A stretch of 64,000 bases of DNA from Peribolospora baueri (taxonomy: Eukaryota): the NCBI GenBank assembly GCA_029717555.1, contig JAMDHS010000068.1, forward strand, positions 1 through 64,000. The letters are read 5' to 3'. Shown one piece after another: positions 1 to 10,848 of the stretch (position 1 is its first letter; each line of letters starts with the position of its first letter). Made by a program: the position numbers and the translations under genes. The notes beneath the pieces were generated by a model, which was not told the DNA's origin, made no database searches, and was given only the letters and a program-made list of their open reading frames with translations.

Positions 1-59
<59 letters not shown>
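1..59. repeat. poly(A) homopolymer, inside an intron of the MFS gene
   Basis: 59 consecutive A at the window start. Confidence 0.9.
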
Positions 60-61
<2 letters not shown>

Positions 62-147
62 GGAAGGAGAAGGAGAAGGAGAAGAAGATCTCTTGTCGTC
101 GAGTGCGGCCTGACGTGTCATGATGTTGATTACTTGCGTCCGTCCAG

Positions 148-692
148 CCGGGTTCACCAAGAAGGCCACCGTCGCAGGTCTCGTCTTCGGCGCCTGTAAG
201 TGCCTACCCCGCTGCTGGTACCGTGGACCAAACCCGCATGTCCGGCTCGAACTGACTGACTGACGCCTCGTCCGTTGCTCCCCATTCATAGATTCCGCTG
301 GCCTGATCTGCGGCTCGCAGTTCTGGGGCGAGCGAGTCAAGCCGGGAGAGCGGTACTCGCTCGGTCTTGGCATGGACTGTGAGTAGGAACGACGTACCGG
401 GTCTACTTTTTCCATCGCCATCCATCCATGCATGCATGCATGGGTTCCGAGCTGATCGTTCGTTTCGATCGTGTGTCGATGGGCAGTGGTTGCCGTCATC
501 GTCAATGTCGTTCTCGTGATCCTGCTCCGCATTTACCTCGTTTGGGAGAACAGGCGGCGCGACGCCTTGCTCAAGCAGGCGACCGGGCCGGCCTCGGTCG
601 GACCTGACGGCCACGCGGCTGCGGGGTCCAAGTATCGGTTCAAGGACTACACGGACAGGCAGAACGCCCTGCACTTCCGATATGCGCTTTGA
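148..692 (+). CDS. 3' part of MFS transporter, allantoate permease (Dal5/ACS)-like; 5' end lies upstream of the window
   Basis: Spliced exons 148-195, 292-378 and ~487-692 give (A)GFTKKATVAGLVFGAYSAGLICGSQFW...LLRIYLVWENRRRD...FKDYTDRQNALHFRYAL*. GxTKK, ENxRRD and DxTDxxNxxFRY are typical Dal5-family C-terminal motifs. GT-AG introns. Confidence 0.85.
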
Positions 693-1682
693 AAATCCAC
701 CGTGGGCTCATCGACCCTTCCCCGGCCCCTCTCCTCTCTCTCTCTATCGCTCGACGTGTTCCCTCTGGCGTGGGCGTGGGCGCGCCCGCCGATCCCGATA
801 TCCTGTCTTTCCTGGGTCTGCGGCTCACTCACTCGACAGCGCGCGTCGCGTCTTCCTCGACCCGTCCGCTATCGCTCTCTTCCCTGCCCTTCTATACATA
901 CTTTTTTTTTTCGTCTTGACTCTTGCGTACCTTCTCAGAAGGCCTCTCTTTCTATCTCCTCGGTATTTCTATATCGCCCTTTGTGGAGGATCAGATATAT
1001 CTCCATCGCTCGCTCGCCTCGTGAACGGATGGCTGCCTGGCTTTCTGCTGTTGTTGTTTTGCAGGTTCATCGAACGGAGCCCACCCGATTCTTCCTCCCT
1101 TTCTTTGTCTTTCTGACTGACTGACTGGGCGATTGATGAATGGGCGGATGGAGGGACAGTCGGAATCCATCGGGTGGTCGGTCTGGTCGCGAGTGAACAT
1201 GAAACACGCCGTCCGTGGGGCCGCCGGGCGTGTTGCGCTGACGGGACGATCGGGCCGCCAAGCCGCCGGTTTCGCCGCCGGCCTTAGCGTGCGGTCCGAT
1301 GGCACGGCTCCACAATTTGTGACGCAGCTAAAGCCACAGCCAGCGCCGATGGAACATTCCCGGACGGACGAATGTGCGTTCCACCACGATGGATGCTAAT
1401 AAGACTTGGTCTCGACAGCGGCCACACGAGAGGAGGTCCTATGTGGATCCCTAGCGTGTATCGTGTACTCGGCTCTGGCCGCTAGTTATATAAGTAAGTA
1501 TACTCGAGCTCCAACCACCGAAGTGCGTGGTCGGTCGCTAGGACGGGACGGCGGCAAGTGCGCCCCCTTCGGCAAATCCATCCATCGTCGGCACATGCTT
1601 GGCCTTGTTCGGCCGCCATAAACATATAAGAGGCAGACGGCCCCCGGATCGGCTTTGGCTATCGCGGTCACGTACAGAGCGG

Positions 1683-1719
1683 ACCAGACCAGACCAGACC
1701 AGACCAGACCAGACCAGAC
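1683..1719. repeat. (ACCAG)n pentanucleotide microsatellite just upstream of the ThDP-enzyme ATG
   Basis: accagaccagaccag..., about 7 units. Confidence 0.9.
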
Positions 1720-1736
1720 TGTTCACAGGACCCAGG

Positions 1737-4116
1737 ATGCAGTACACGGCTTCCACGGCTTTCCTCGAGACCTTGTCCAGGTGGGGCATCCAAGTCGTCT
1801 TCGGAAACCTTGGCTCGGACCATGTGACGTTCATAGAGGCCGTCGCCGAGGCCAAGGCCAGCTGCAGGAAGCTTCCCAACATCGTCGGCGTTCCCCATGA
1901 AGTGAGCGTGCCCTCGATGGCACCTTGCGACCGAGTTGCGCTGGACTCGTGGACCCTACGGCCCAAGGGGCCCGAACTCACCCAGCAAGCTTGTTTTTTT
2001 TTCCTGTTCTTCGTTTCCCCCACGCAGTTTGTCGCCGTGTCCGCCGCGCACGGTTACTTCCAGGCGACTGGCAGAATGGCCGGCGTACTCCTTCATGTCG
2101 AGTGCGTGTCCGCACCGCATTTCCTGAGCACCACGCGCCCAGCTCAGAACAGCCCCTCCTCTCCTCCTCCCCCCTGGCCACAGCTGCGGACTCCAGAACG
2201 CAGGCGGAGCGTATCACAACCTCTTCCGCTCTCGGATCCCCGCGATTATCTTTGCCGGTCTGTCTCCCTTGACCCAAGAGGGCGAGCTTCGAGGCTCCCG
2301 GACCGAGTATGTCAACTGGGTATGATCATCCCACCCTGTCCGTTCGTCCGTGCTTCCACTACTCCTGACGGGCGCGACCCTCTTTGCACGCCTTTCCCTT
2401 TCAGCTCCAGGACAACCACAACCAGCCGGGCATCATCCGCGACTACTCAAGATTCACATACGAGTTCCGCACGGGCGTCAACGTGCCTCAGGTCACGCTA
2501 CGCGCCCTCCAGATGGCTATGAGCGAGCCGCGGGGCCCCGTGTTCCTCTTCGGCTCTCGAGAGGTCATGGCCGAAGAAATCGCCGAGCCGTGGGAAAAAG
2601 AGGCAGACGTGGGCACCATCAGCCCTTACCTCGACATCAAGTTCTGGCAGCCCATCTCGCCGTCCGCCTTGCTTCCGAGCGCTGTACCCGAGTTGGTCCA
2701 GCTCTTGGCCAACGCCAAGGACCCCATCGTGGTGACGAGCCATTTGGGCCAAGACCCAAAGGCGGTGGATGAGCTGGTCAAGCTCGCCGACCTTCTCGGT
2801 CTGCCCGTTGCAGATGCCACACCTTTCAAGTTAGTTGAGTTTCGACGTCTGGCGCGGGGCCGAACACTCGTCGCCTGACTTTGGCCTTTCCGCTCTTCCG
2901 TCTTCAAGCTGCAACTTCCCCTTCGATCACAGCTTGTACGTGGGCGGCTTCTGGAAAGGCGACAAACAGAACGAGCTGCTCGCCAAGGCGGACGTCGTCT
3001 TGGTCATCGAAAGCGACGTTCCATGGTGAATCTTAGGGGCCAATGATACCTCAGGCAAAAGTTTCCCGCGTTCAAAAACAATTTTTTTATCTGTTTTTCC
3101 CGCTCCCACAGGGTTGCGTCCGATAACAAGCCCTCGCCGGGAGCGACGATCATCCACATCGACAGGGACGCTCTTAAGCGAGGTAGATATTGTGATCCAT
3201 AGGCTCGTCAGCCATGTTGTTCTGCCGCCCTTTTCTAATGCTCTTCATCTCATGTCACGGACCCAACGTTGCAGCGATGCCTCTGTTCTACATTGCCGCC
3301 GAACGCCGTTACGAGGCTTGTCCACGCACGGCCCTCGAGCAGCTCAACGCTGAGGCCAAGTCGTTCGTCTCCTCGATCAGCGAGTCTCAAGCGTCTGCCA
3401 TCGCCGACCGGCGCCAACGCGCGGCCGCCGTCCACGCCGCCTGGCAATCTGGTCTGATCGCTGAGGCCAAGACGCCTTCCATAGTGCCGGGCACAGTCTG
3501 TGTCCCACATGCTCTCGCAACGCTCAAGAAGGTCTTGCCGTCCAACGCGTTCATCCTTTCTGAGACGGTCAGCAACTACAAACCGACGATGAACCATTTG
3601 GCGCCCACGGACGCAAGGAGATATCTGACGAGCGGCGCATCCAGCTTGGGTTGGAACGGCGGTGCGGCCGTTGGGGTCAGCTACGCGATCGAGAACGGCT
3701 TGTGGCTGGACGAGGAGGCGGAAAAGCCGATCGTCGTTGCCGTCTGTGGCGACGGTTGCTACCTCTTTTCCGTGCCGACGTCGGTGCACACCCTGTCCTC
3801 GCGCCTCTCCGCCCCCATCTTCCAAGTCATCCTCTCCAACGGAGGATGGAGGGCGACCAAGCTGAACACCCTCGCCATGCACCCCAAAGGCTTCGCCTCG
3901 CGCGTCTCCGCCGAGGACATGAACGTCGGCTTTGGCGACATGGCCACCAGAGCGAGGTACCCGGAGGTGGCCGTCGCTGCGGCCGGAGGACCGACGAAGT
4001 GTTGGGGCGTCCGGATTGACCGCCCAGAGGAACTGGAGCAAGCCTTCCGCACGGCCGTGCAGACGGTAAAGGACGGAAGGAGCGCCGTCGTGGAGGTCGT
4101 GCTACCGGAGATATGA
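1737..4116 (+). CDS. thiamine-diphosphate-dependent enzyme (acetolactate synthase / benzoylformate decarboxylase-like), multi-exon
   Basis: N-terminal MQYTASTAFLETL..FGNLGSDH..VPHE|FVAVSAAHGYFQATG..HVE and GTQNAGG..HN. C-terminal ThDP-binding motif VCGDGCYLF..ILSNGGW. Stop at 4114-4116. Confidence 0.9.
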
Positions 4117-5303
4117 ATGGTATCAATCTACCCCTCCCGTCCCACATCCCTTCCATATCATTCTGGGCTGCCGTCGATCCACCAGCAGACCGGAGGCGCG
4201 CCGTTCGGTGGGCTGGCTGACGACTTGGTTTTGTATCTCTCGACGTCCGATGGAACGTAGACGGGACCAGGCAGTGAGGATTGACAGCGTGTTCTCGCAT
4301 CGTAGCCCATCACGAAGCTCATAAGAGAGCGTGTGCGTGGAATAAGCTCTTTTGTCTGATGTTCAGCCGTTCGCAAGGCAGTTTTCGCACAAGTGGCCCA
4401 ACACGTCTGCCGACGGACGCCCAAGCACCTCGACGTGCGGTTTTGCCTGCCTGCCGGACGTCTGTGCGCGAACGGCAAGAGGGAACAACAGTTTCGCCCG
4501 GCATGGCCATTTCGTCGTCGGTCAGATCCATCGATCGCGCGTGCGGCATAGGAAGAGGTCCACGGGATCTTTTTCGCTCCCGTCCTCGTCTCTTTTTGTT
4601 ACTCCTTGGCCGCCGACCCTTTGGGGACGTGGTGGGTTTGCGACACGACGCAGGCAAGCCAAACGCACCGGTGCCCGGCGGCGCCCTAGCCTTTTCTTCC
4701 GGCCTGTCTCACCTAAGCCCCCTTTTCGCCGTCCTCACTCGCTGATGTGGAGCACGGCGATTTCCTTCAACGGTATGGTATAACCTGGGGGGGTTAAACA
4801 CGGCGGGCGACACCGTTTCAGGTTCTCCGTTCGAACTTTCGCTCGCTCATTCCTCGCTGCGGCATTCCGCCCATGTTGTACTCCATAGCCATCGATACCG
4901 TCAAGACAGGAGGATTTCTTTTTTTTGTGTCCGTCGGGCAGGCGCGCTCGCACAAGTCACAGAGGGTCAGGACGAGAGTCCTTCTCAAAGAGCAGCCATT
5001 CGACCCGGCCGAGTGGTCGATGCCTGCGAGCGTACATCTCAAACAGCGTCCCATCCACCCGAGCGAGACTGAGGCTGATCTGATCGACCCGTCGTCGGAG
5101 GGATGGAATGGCTGCCCATTCATTCGTACTGCACGCACCCCCATAGCATCCCTCGGCACTCTGGCGAGATGGCGTCGTCGCTCGCCCATGCTCTGCACCT
5201 TTCGACACGATCGGTTTCGCCGGAACGAACGATCTCACCCACAGGAATAGCCTCATCCTCAGCGACCTTAATTCCAGCGGGAAAGAGATCATTACCACCA
5301 TCA

Positions 5304-6511
5304 TCAAAGGCCACATCGATCGAACCCGCGAGCGGCAGCAGCACTAACACCAGACGGACCAGCGTTCTCAGACGCTTGGGCCGCGTAAGCAGAGGACATA
5401 TCCGATTCGAATTCAGAAGATTGAAAAAGAATATAAAGGTCCTCGAAAGAGGATTTAGGAGTTGGGTTGGGTTGAATTTTGCTTTGTTTTGTTGCGCGTA
5501 GTTTTGCTGTAGAAGAAATGACTCACAGAGTAATCTGCAAGCCAAGTTTTGTTCACGTGAACACGTGTTCCTAAAATCTAATAACCCTAGATTTAAAAAA
5601 AGGGTGGCTCCGCCATAAAAAGAGATATTTACAGTTGTAAATTGGTTAATATATATTTACAATAATAGCACCAGTTCTAAGTCTGCATCCTTTCAGATTA
5701 GCCTATTAAGGCCTATACTCACTATTACTATGAGTCATTAGCTTTTTAGTGTTCACGTGAACAAAACTTGGCTTGCAGATTACTCTGTGAGTCATTTCTT
5801 CTACAGCAAAACTACGCGCAACAAAACAAAGCAAAATTCAACCCAACCCAACTCCTAAATCCTCTTTCGAGGACCTTTATATTCTTTTTCAATCTTCTGA
5901 ATTCGAATCGGATATGTCCTCTGCTTACGCGGCCCAAGCGTCTGAGACAAGGAAGGATCATCGAACGTCAAGGGCAGAGCGAGTAGTTAGATCCTAACGT
6001 CCACCTTCAGCACCTACGGCACAAGCCTCGCCATGTGCCAGCTCACCGAATATCCGCCGGCCATATAGCTCGAGTAAGGCATGACGGTGGTGTACGCGTA
6101 AGGACCGGATGAATCAAAGGCGCCAGAGTCGCAGCCGGCGGAAGGGCACCCCTGACCAGTTGGGGAGGCGGCCATGGCAGAAGAGGTAATCTGAGGAGCT
6201 GCTGTCGGGCTTGGCCCGACGGCGGCGCATCCCGCGGAGGGACACGACTCGCCAGACCCTCCAGCGCTCCCTCCGCTGGTGCTTCCTCCAGTGGGGCCCG
6301 CAGCAGCAGGCGTTGTGATGGTGGCGACGACGCTCTGTTCGATACCAGATTCCGAAGCCTTGGCGACAGAGGAGAAACCCATCAAGGAGACGCCGGGGGC
6401 GGAAGGTCCGGCATCGGCGCTCTGGCCCTCGGATGTCTGAGCTACTGCACTGAAGGGAAGGAGGAAGGAGGCCAGGAGGGCAACGCCGGTGGTGGACTTA
6501 GTGAGGTGCAT
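5304..6511 (-). CDS. small secreted Ser/Gly/Ala-rich protein with two CPSAGC motifs; intron interrupted by the foldback element
   Basis: Exon 1 6511-6047 (MHLTKSTTGVALLASFLLPFSAVA, signal-peptide-like) is followed by a gtgagc donor. A short exon 2 (NAGPSGVSAAAARGFDRCGL*) at 5366-5304 is reconstructed once the element is removed. Confidence 0.6.
5369..5944. mobile_element. foldback/MITE-like non-autonomous element with ~196-199 bp terminal inverted repeats and a 184-bp AT-rich spacer
   Basis: 5366-5564 is the reverse complement of 5749-5947. ORFs 5120..5545(-) and 5768..5986(+) begin with the same 60 aa because of this. The element is much more AT-rich than its flanks and encodes no transposase. 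Confidence 0.85.
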
Positions 6512-8245
6512 GGTCAAAGCTGGGCAGGCACATAGTGAGGACAAGCAAAGAGCGAAGAGGTCAGGATGTTCGCATGCGAGGGGGTCACGAACAGACGAGG
6601 CCGATCTGTGAAAGGCTCACTGCGACTGTGGAATGAAGGCTTTCTTGTCAGGTTGTCCAGCCGTGGTCAAGACCGGAATCGACCCGAAGAGCGAGAGGGT
6701 GTGAAAAGAACGAATCGACCAGCGAGGGGCGTAGAGATCGTCCAGCGACGGCTAGGGAAGTAAATGTCCAAATGGAACGGATAACGTCCTTGCACGTTGT
6801 GAATTCGTGCCAGTCGATGTGGTCGTAATCGTCTTAACAAGGACGGAAGGTGCTGGAGGTCGACGATTATCGAGCAGGACCGTTCCTGCCAACAGACCGG
6901 CGAGACAAGGCGAAGTGAGCTACCGGGGAAACTGAAGGAATGAGGGGGGAAGGTCTCTCAAAGGCGAGTGAACGGGCAGGCAGAGGCCGCTGGGGCGTTA
7001 CGTGCTCGCGGTGCAAACGAAGGTGAAGGCGAAGTGGAGAGGGGCGGGAGAACGACGGACCGAGCCGGGTAACGAAGAGGGGACGAGAGCGCTGGGGAGG
7101 GACACTGGGAAGAAGGAAGGGAGAGGGAAAAGTTGTTCGGGGCGCCCCGTTAAGGTCGAGTAGATGTACTTCAATTCACCCACCCACCGCCCGCCCTGGA
7201 ACGGATGACGACGGCGACCACTACGGGCGGATGGCGACGACGGGGAGGGCTGGAGGCCTGTGAGCAGCGTGGGCGGACTTGCGAGCGGAAGAAGGATATG
7301 CCAGGGCGGCCAAGGGGAATGAGGAAGCATGCACAGTCGCAACGAGCGAGGACGGCTATCGCACACGCTCCCTCCTGCAGCCCACGCTCGTCTGCAAGTA
7401 GGACCGCTACCGTACCTCACTGCGCTTCGTCGTGGTAGCCTCCTCCTTCCTCGCGGTCGACGATGGCTATTCTCAGCCTCCATTTCGAGTCTAAAGGTGT
7501 CTGCGCTGCCCGACGATGACGATGACGAACGTGTCAGTCCTTTACGACGCTTCGCCCATGACTGTGGCCACCCGTGAGCTGGCGGTCCGAACGGCAAGAC
7601 AGATGTGCTGTTTCAGCCAGACCATGCACCCGCGAGGACGCCAGACGGCCGACCGGCGAACCGGACTCGTTGCGACGGAGAGCTGGGAGCAATCGGGCAC
7701 CTGGCAGGGCGAGGAGACGACGGCAGCGCCGGATCGATGAGATTGCATGCCTAGATTAGATTGATGGAGGGCGCCGATCGTCTAGTGCAACGGAGGCGCG
7801 GGTGGTCGTCAGCCAGGATGGGCGAGAGGGAGAAGAGAAGAGGAAGAGAGGAGGGAGGATGGTGGAGGTTGAAATGGGTGGTGGTCGTGACTTGGGGATG
7901 TGCAAGTGCGCCGGCGACTCCGCGTCGGTTGCCTGAGCAACGGGCTGGACGTTGCACAACCCGCGCCGGCGTCCAGCTCCATGACGACCGGCTCACTCCA
8001 CTTCCACCCCGGTGCACACGATGTTGACCAAACCCTCGGTCGAACCACACACGGAGTCCTCCTTGCCTACTGTCAGCACAGGACCGTAAGTGACCTAGTT
8101 ACGTATTTGGCAGCGGTCCACGCCTGCTTCAGCGAGGCAATCCTTCGATCGTCGAAACTAATAAGACGGCCGAGACTAATAATATGTGACTAGATGCTGG
8201 AATGTACGCTTCATTATACCTTTTACTCCGCAGTCTACGCAGGTT

Positions 8246-8569
8246 ATTTTGCCACGTGGCACGACTTTGTCGAAAACCGTTTCTTGTTGCCGGTTGAAGA
8301 CCCGTTTCTTTCTTGTTGAAGACCCATTTCTTCTCGCCGCTTTATCTTCCCTCCCAGTTGAAGACTCGTCTCTTCTTACTGCTTTAATTAACGTCCTTGT
8401 TTTTCACCTCGCTAATCTCCCTCCACTTATTCTCCGTCCACGCCTTTCCATTTTGCCACGTGGCACAATATTGTTGAAAACCGTTTCTTCTTTGCCGGTT
8501 GAAAACCCGTTTCTTCCCGCCGCTTTCTGTTCCCTCTCCGTTGAAGGCCCGTTTCTTCTTGCTGCTTTA
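8246..8569. repeat. imperfect direct duplication (8246-8386 / 8450-8569) built from ~7 GTTGAARACCCGTTTCTT-like units, each block headed by the palindrome TGCCACGTGGCA
   Basis: Read directly from the sequence. Units start near 8269, 8293, 8315, 8357, 8473, 8498 and 8540. Confidence 0.8.
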
Positions 8570-9109
8570 TCCGGCGTATCCCGCTCGAGGCAAGGCAGTC
8601 CTCGTATCGGTCTGAAAAGCTGGCGACTTTTTGGATATAACACTTCTCCAGGGGAACGTTGGGTTTGGCACGTGGATGGTAAAGTATGTGACCGAAGCGC
8701 ACCCACTTCTTCCGTCTGTCCTTCTTTCAAAAATATTTGTCTTGAGCTTGAGAACCCATAGGATTGGCTTACGCTCACTAGCCTAGAGAAATTGTCTTGT
8801 CATTGCACTTTTCACTCAGAAATGCTGTGGCCCTCTCTTGGATCAAGAACCGTCACCTTTCGCTCTTCTTCCTCAGTCGACCCCATCTGCTCATGATGTC
8901 ACTTCAGGGGATGGTCCCCTTCCCTGGACCAGTTTCATCTCAATGCCGCGTCTCATATTGCCTTCTGTTGGATTTTGCTACTCTCTTTGATTACCTAGGG
9001 ACATATAAAGAATTCAGCAGGAACGCTACTTGGCCCTTTCTTCTCCACGATAACCAACCCACACGCTCACTCAGCCCACATTCCTTCTGCACATTCGCTT
9101 TCCCTCATC

Positions 9110-9463
9110 ATGAAGTGTTCCCCTCTCGTTTCCTTCGTGGCATTGGCCTTGACCGTTGCTTCTTCGCAACCTTCGCTGGCTGCACCCACGTCCGAAGTAG
9201 CACCGTTGGCCGGGGTCCACCAGCCCTCCTCTACCGCTGCTAGCCAGGTCCATGCGATCGCTCCGGACACCGCATCTTCGGCCGATACGGCTACTCCCGA
9301 GTCGGCTTGGACTTGGCCTTGGGGAAGCAAGAAGCTCAACTTGGCCAAGAACAAGAACGACAACGATGTCGATGTCGACACGAAGCAGAAGACCGACGTC
9401 GACGTCGACCTGAAGAACAAGAACAAGTTCAAGAAGATCAAGCGCACCGAGCGCGATTCGTAA
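9110..9463 (+). CDS. small secreted protein (117 aa), intronless, unknown function
   Basis: Hydrophobic N-terminus MKCSPLVSFVALALTVASS..LAAP, TATA-like TATAAA at ~9004 and coding-like codon usage. K/D-rich tail with two DVDVD repeats. Confidence 0.75.
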   Translation: MKCSPLVSFVALALTVASSQPSLAAPTSEVAPLAGVHQPSSTAASQVHAIAPDTASSADTATPESAWTWPWGSKKLNLAKNKNDNDVDVDTKQKTDVDVDLKNKNKFKKIKRTERDS

Positions 9464-9687
9464 GACTACTCGAAGGGCTTTCTTCAGGCATCAACTACGT
9501 TACAGACGAATCGATGCATCGTAGTTGACACACTGAACTATCCCTGTTTTTTCGCAAATCGTCATGTAAGGTATGAAAATCATGTCCTTTCGCAATCTTG
9601 GTCCCCCGCTTTAGCTCCCTGACTGCTTTTCGAGCTGCTCCTATTTGTTCTTCGGCCTTTGGAAAACGTACTTTCTCTAGCTCCAAG

Positions 9688-10523
9688 ATGACGCTCCACG
9701 TCCCCACCGGGTCCACCGTGTAGGTTCAGGGCGTTTCGTCTTCGGTACCCGTAGAACCTCGCCTCGCTATTGAGCACAAAGATAGTACACAGCTGATGAT
9801 TGAGCACTCACTGCTCTATCTCTGTTCTCTCGCGCGCAGGCACGATCGCATGGTCTACTTCCCGCAGATTGCTGCAGAGGCATCCAAGTCCTCCGATTTC
9901 CGCCGCGTCCTCTGGACCGGACTTCACTCCCAGCTCGTCCTCATGACCGTGCCACCCAATGGAGAGATCGGTGAAGAGGTGGGTAACGGAGGGAATGGAT
10001 TCAGTCTTTTTTTGGGAGCAGAGATGGGTGATTTTCCCACATATCCGACGCGCCTTCTCGCCGCGTCTCGACACAGATCCATAAAGTGGACCAGACCCTC
10101 TCCTTCGTCTCCGGCGTTGCAAGGGCCATAGTCAACGACGAAGAGAAGGACGTTGAGGCAGGCGACATCGTCATCGTCCCGGCTGGCTGCAAGCACAACT
10201 TCCTAAACACCGGTGTGAGTTGCGATCGGCTCCGCCTCGGGCTTGGCCCCGACGTAGGAGTGTTTGCTGAGCGCTGGATCCTCGGTGAATCTGCAGCCGA
10301 ACCCTTTAATCTTGTACACCATCTACGCCCCGGCTGAGCACGCCGCGGATACGGGTGAGTCGCTCTTGTCCATACACTTCCTTTCGCTGGTGCTGAATCC
10401 AAAAGCTGACTTGGGCCAAGATTCGATGTTCCCGACGGCTGCGCAGTCCACAAGACCAAAGAGGAAGGCGACAAGGCGGAAGAAGAAGGAAAAGACGTAC
10501 CTCCTCCCTGGGCCCGGGACTGA
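9688..10523 (+). CDS. cupin-2 (RmlC-like, mannose-6-P isomerase-like) domain protein, multi-exon
   Basis: Spliced MTLHVPTGSTVHDRMVYF..DFRRVLWTGLHSQLVLMTVPPNGEIGEE|IHKVDQTLSFVSG..AGDIVIVPAGCKHNFLNT..PLILYTIYAPAEH..VHKTKEEGD..PPPWARD*. Confidence 0.9.
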
Positions 10524-10848
10524 CACAAGCTTGACTGAAAAGGCACAACGCGGTAAATTAGGCGACCCCGTCTCTGTGGTCCGAGATGTCCTTCAGTTGA
10601 AGGTCTGCGTGATTCGACGATGTGAAGCGGTGCTGGCTGGTCTCTTGTCTAATGACAGACGGTCGACAAAAGGTGAATGGAGCCTCTTTCGCATGCAACG
10701 GGAGATGTGCCTAGATTGAGATCGAGAAACAAAGAGACAAAGCACTTCCTTCCTTCCGTTCTTCCTTCCGTACACATTCGGACCTTCTCCGCACCAAAAC
10801 AAAAGAACCGTCCAACCTGGTCCACTCCTACCGTCTGAATTGTCTCCG

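Noticed and set aside
1..59. poly(A) as the tail of a retro-insertion
   Set aside because: It is cut by the window edge, sits in an intron, and the genome has other long homopolymers such as the poly(T) at 28853.
1900..3110. TPP riboswitch in introns of the ThDP-enzyme gene
   Set aside because: I found no CTGAGA / GAACxTGAT aptamer core. Fungal TPP riboswitches occur in thiamine synthesis and transport genes.
5120..5986. Two ORFs (5120..5545 - and 5768..5986 +) with identical 60-aa N-termini, suggesting duplicated genes
   Set aside because: They are by-products of the inverted repeat. They start at TTG and have no protein-like features or transposase motifs.
6560..8050. Overlapping ORFs of 60-199 aa
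   Set aside because: They show no domain motifs or consistent exon structure. This is likely the 5' UTR and promoter of the 6511 gene.
8090..8200. Helitron 3' end (CTAG) next to the repeat array
   Set aside because: CTAG is present, but there is no convincing subterminal hairpin at the right spacing and no definable 5' TC end.
8246..8569. CRISPR-like repeat-spacer look
   Set aside because: The repeats are degenerate, the spacers are short and homologous between blocks, there are no cas genes, and the genome is eukaryotic.
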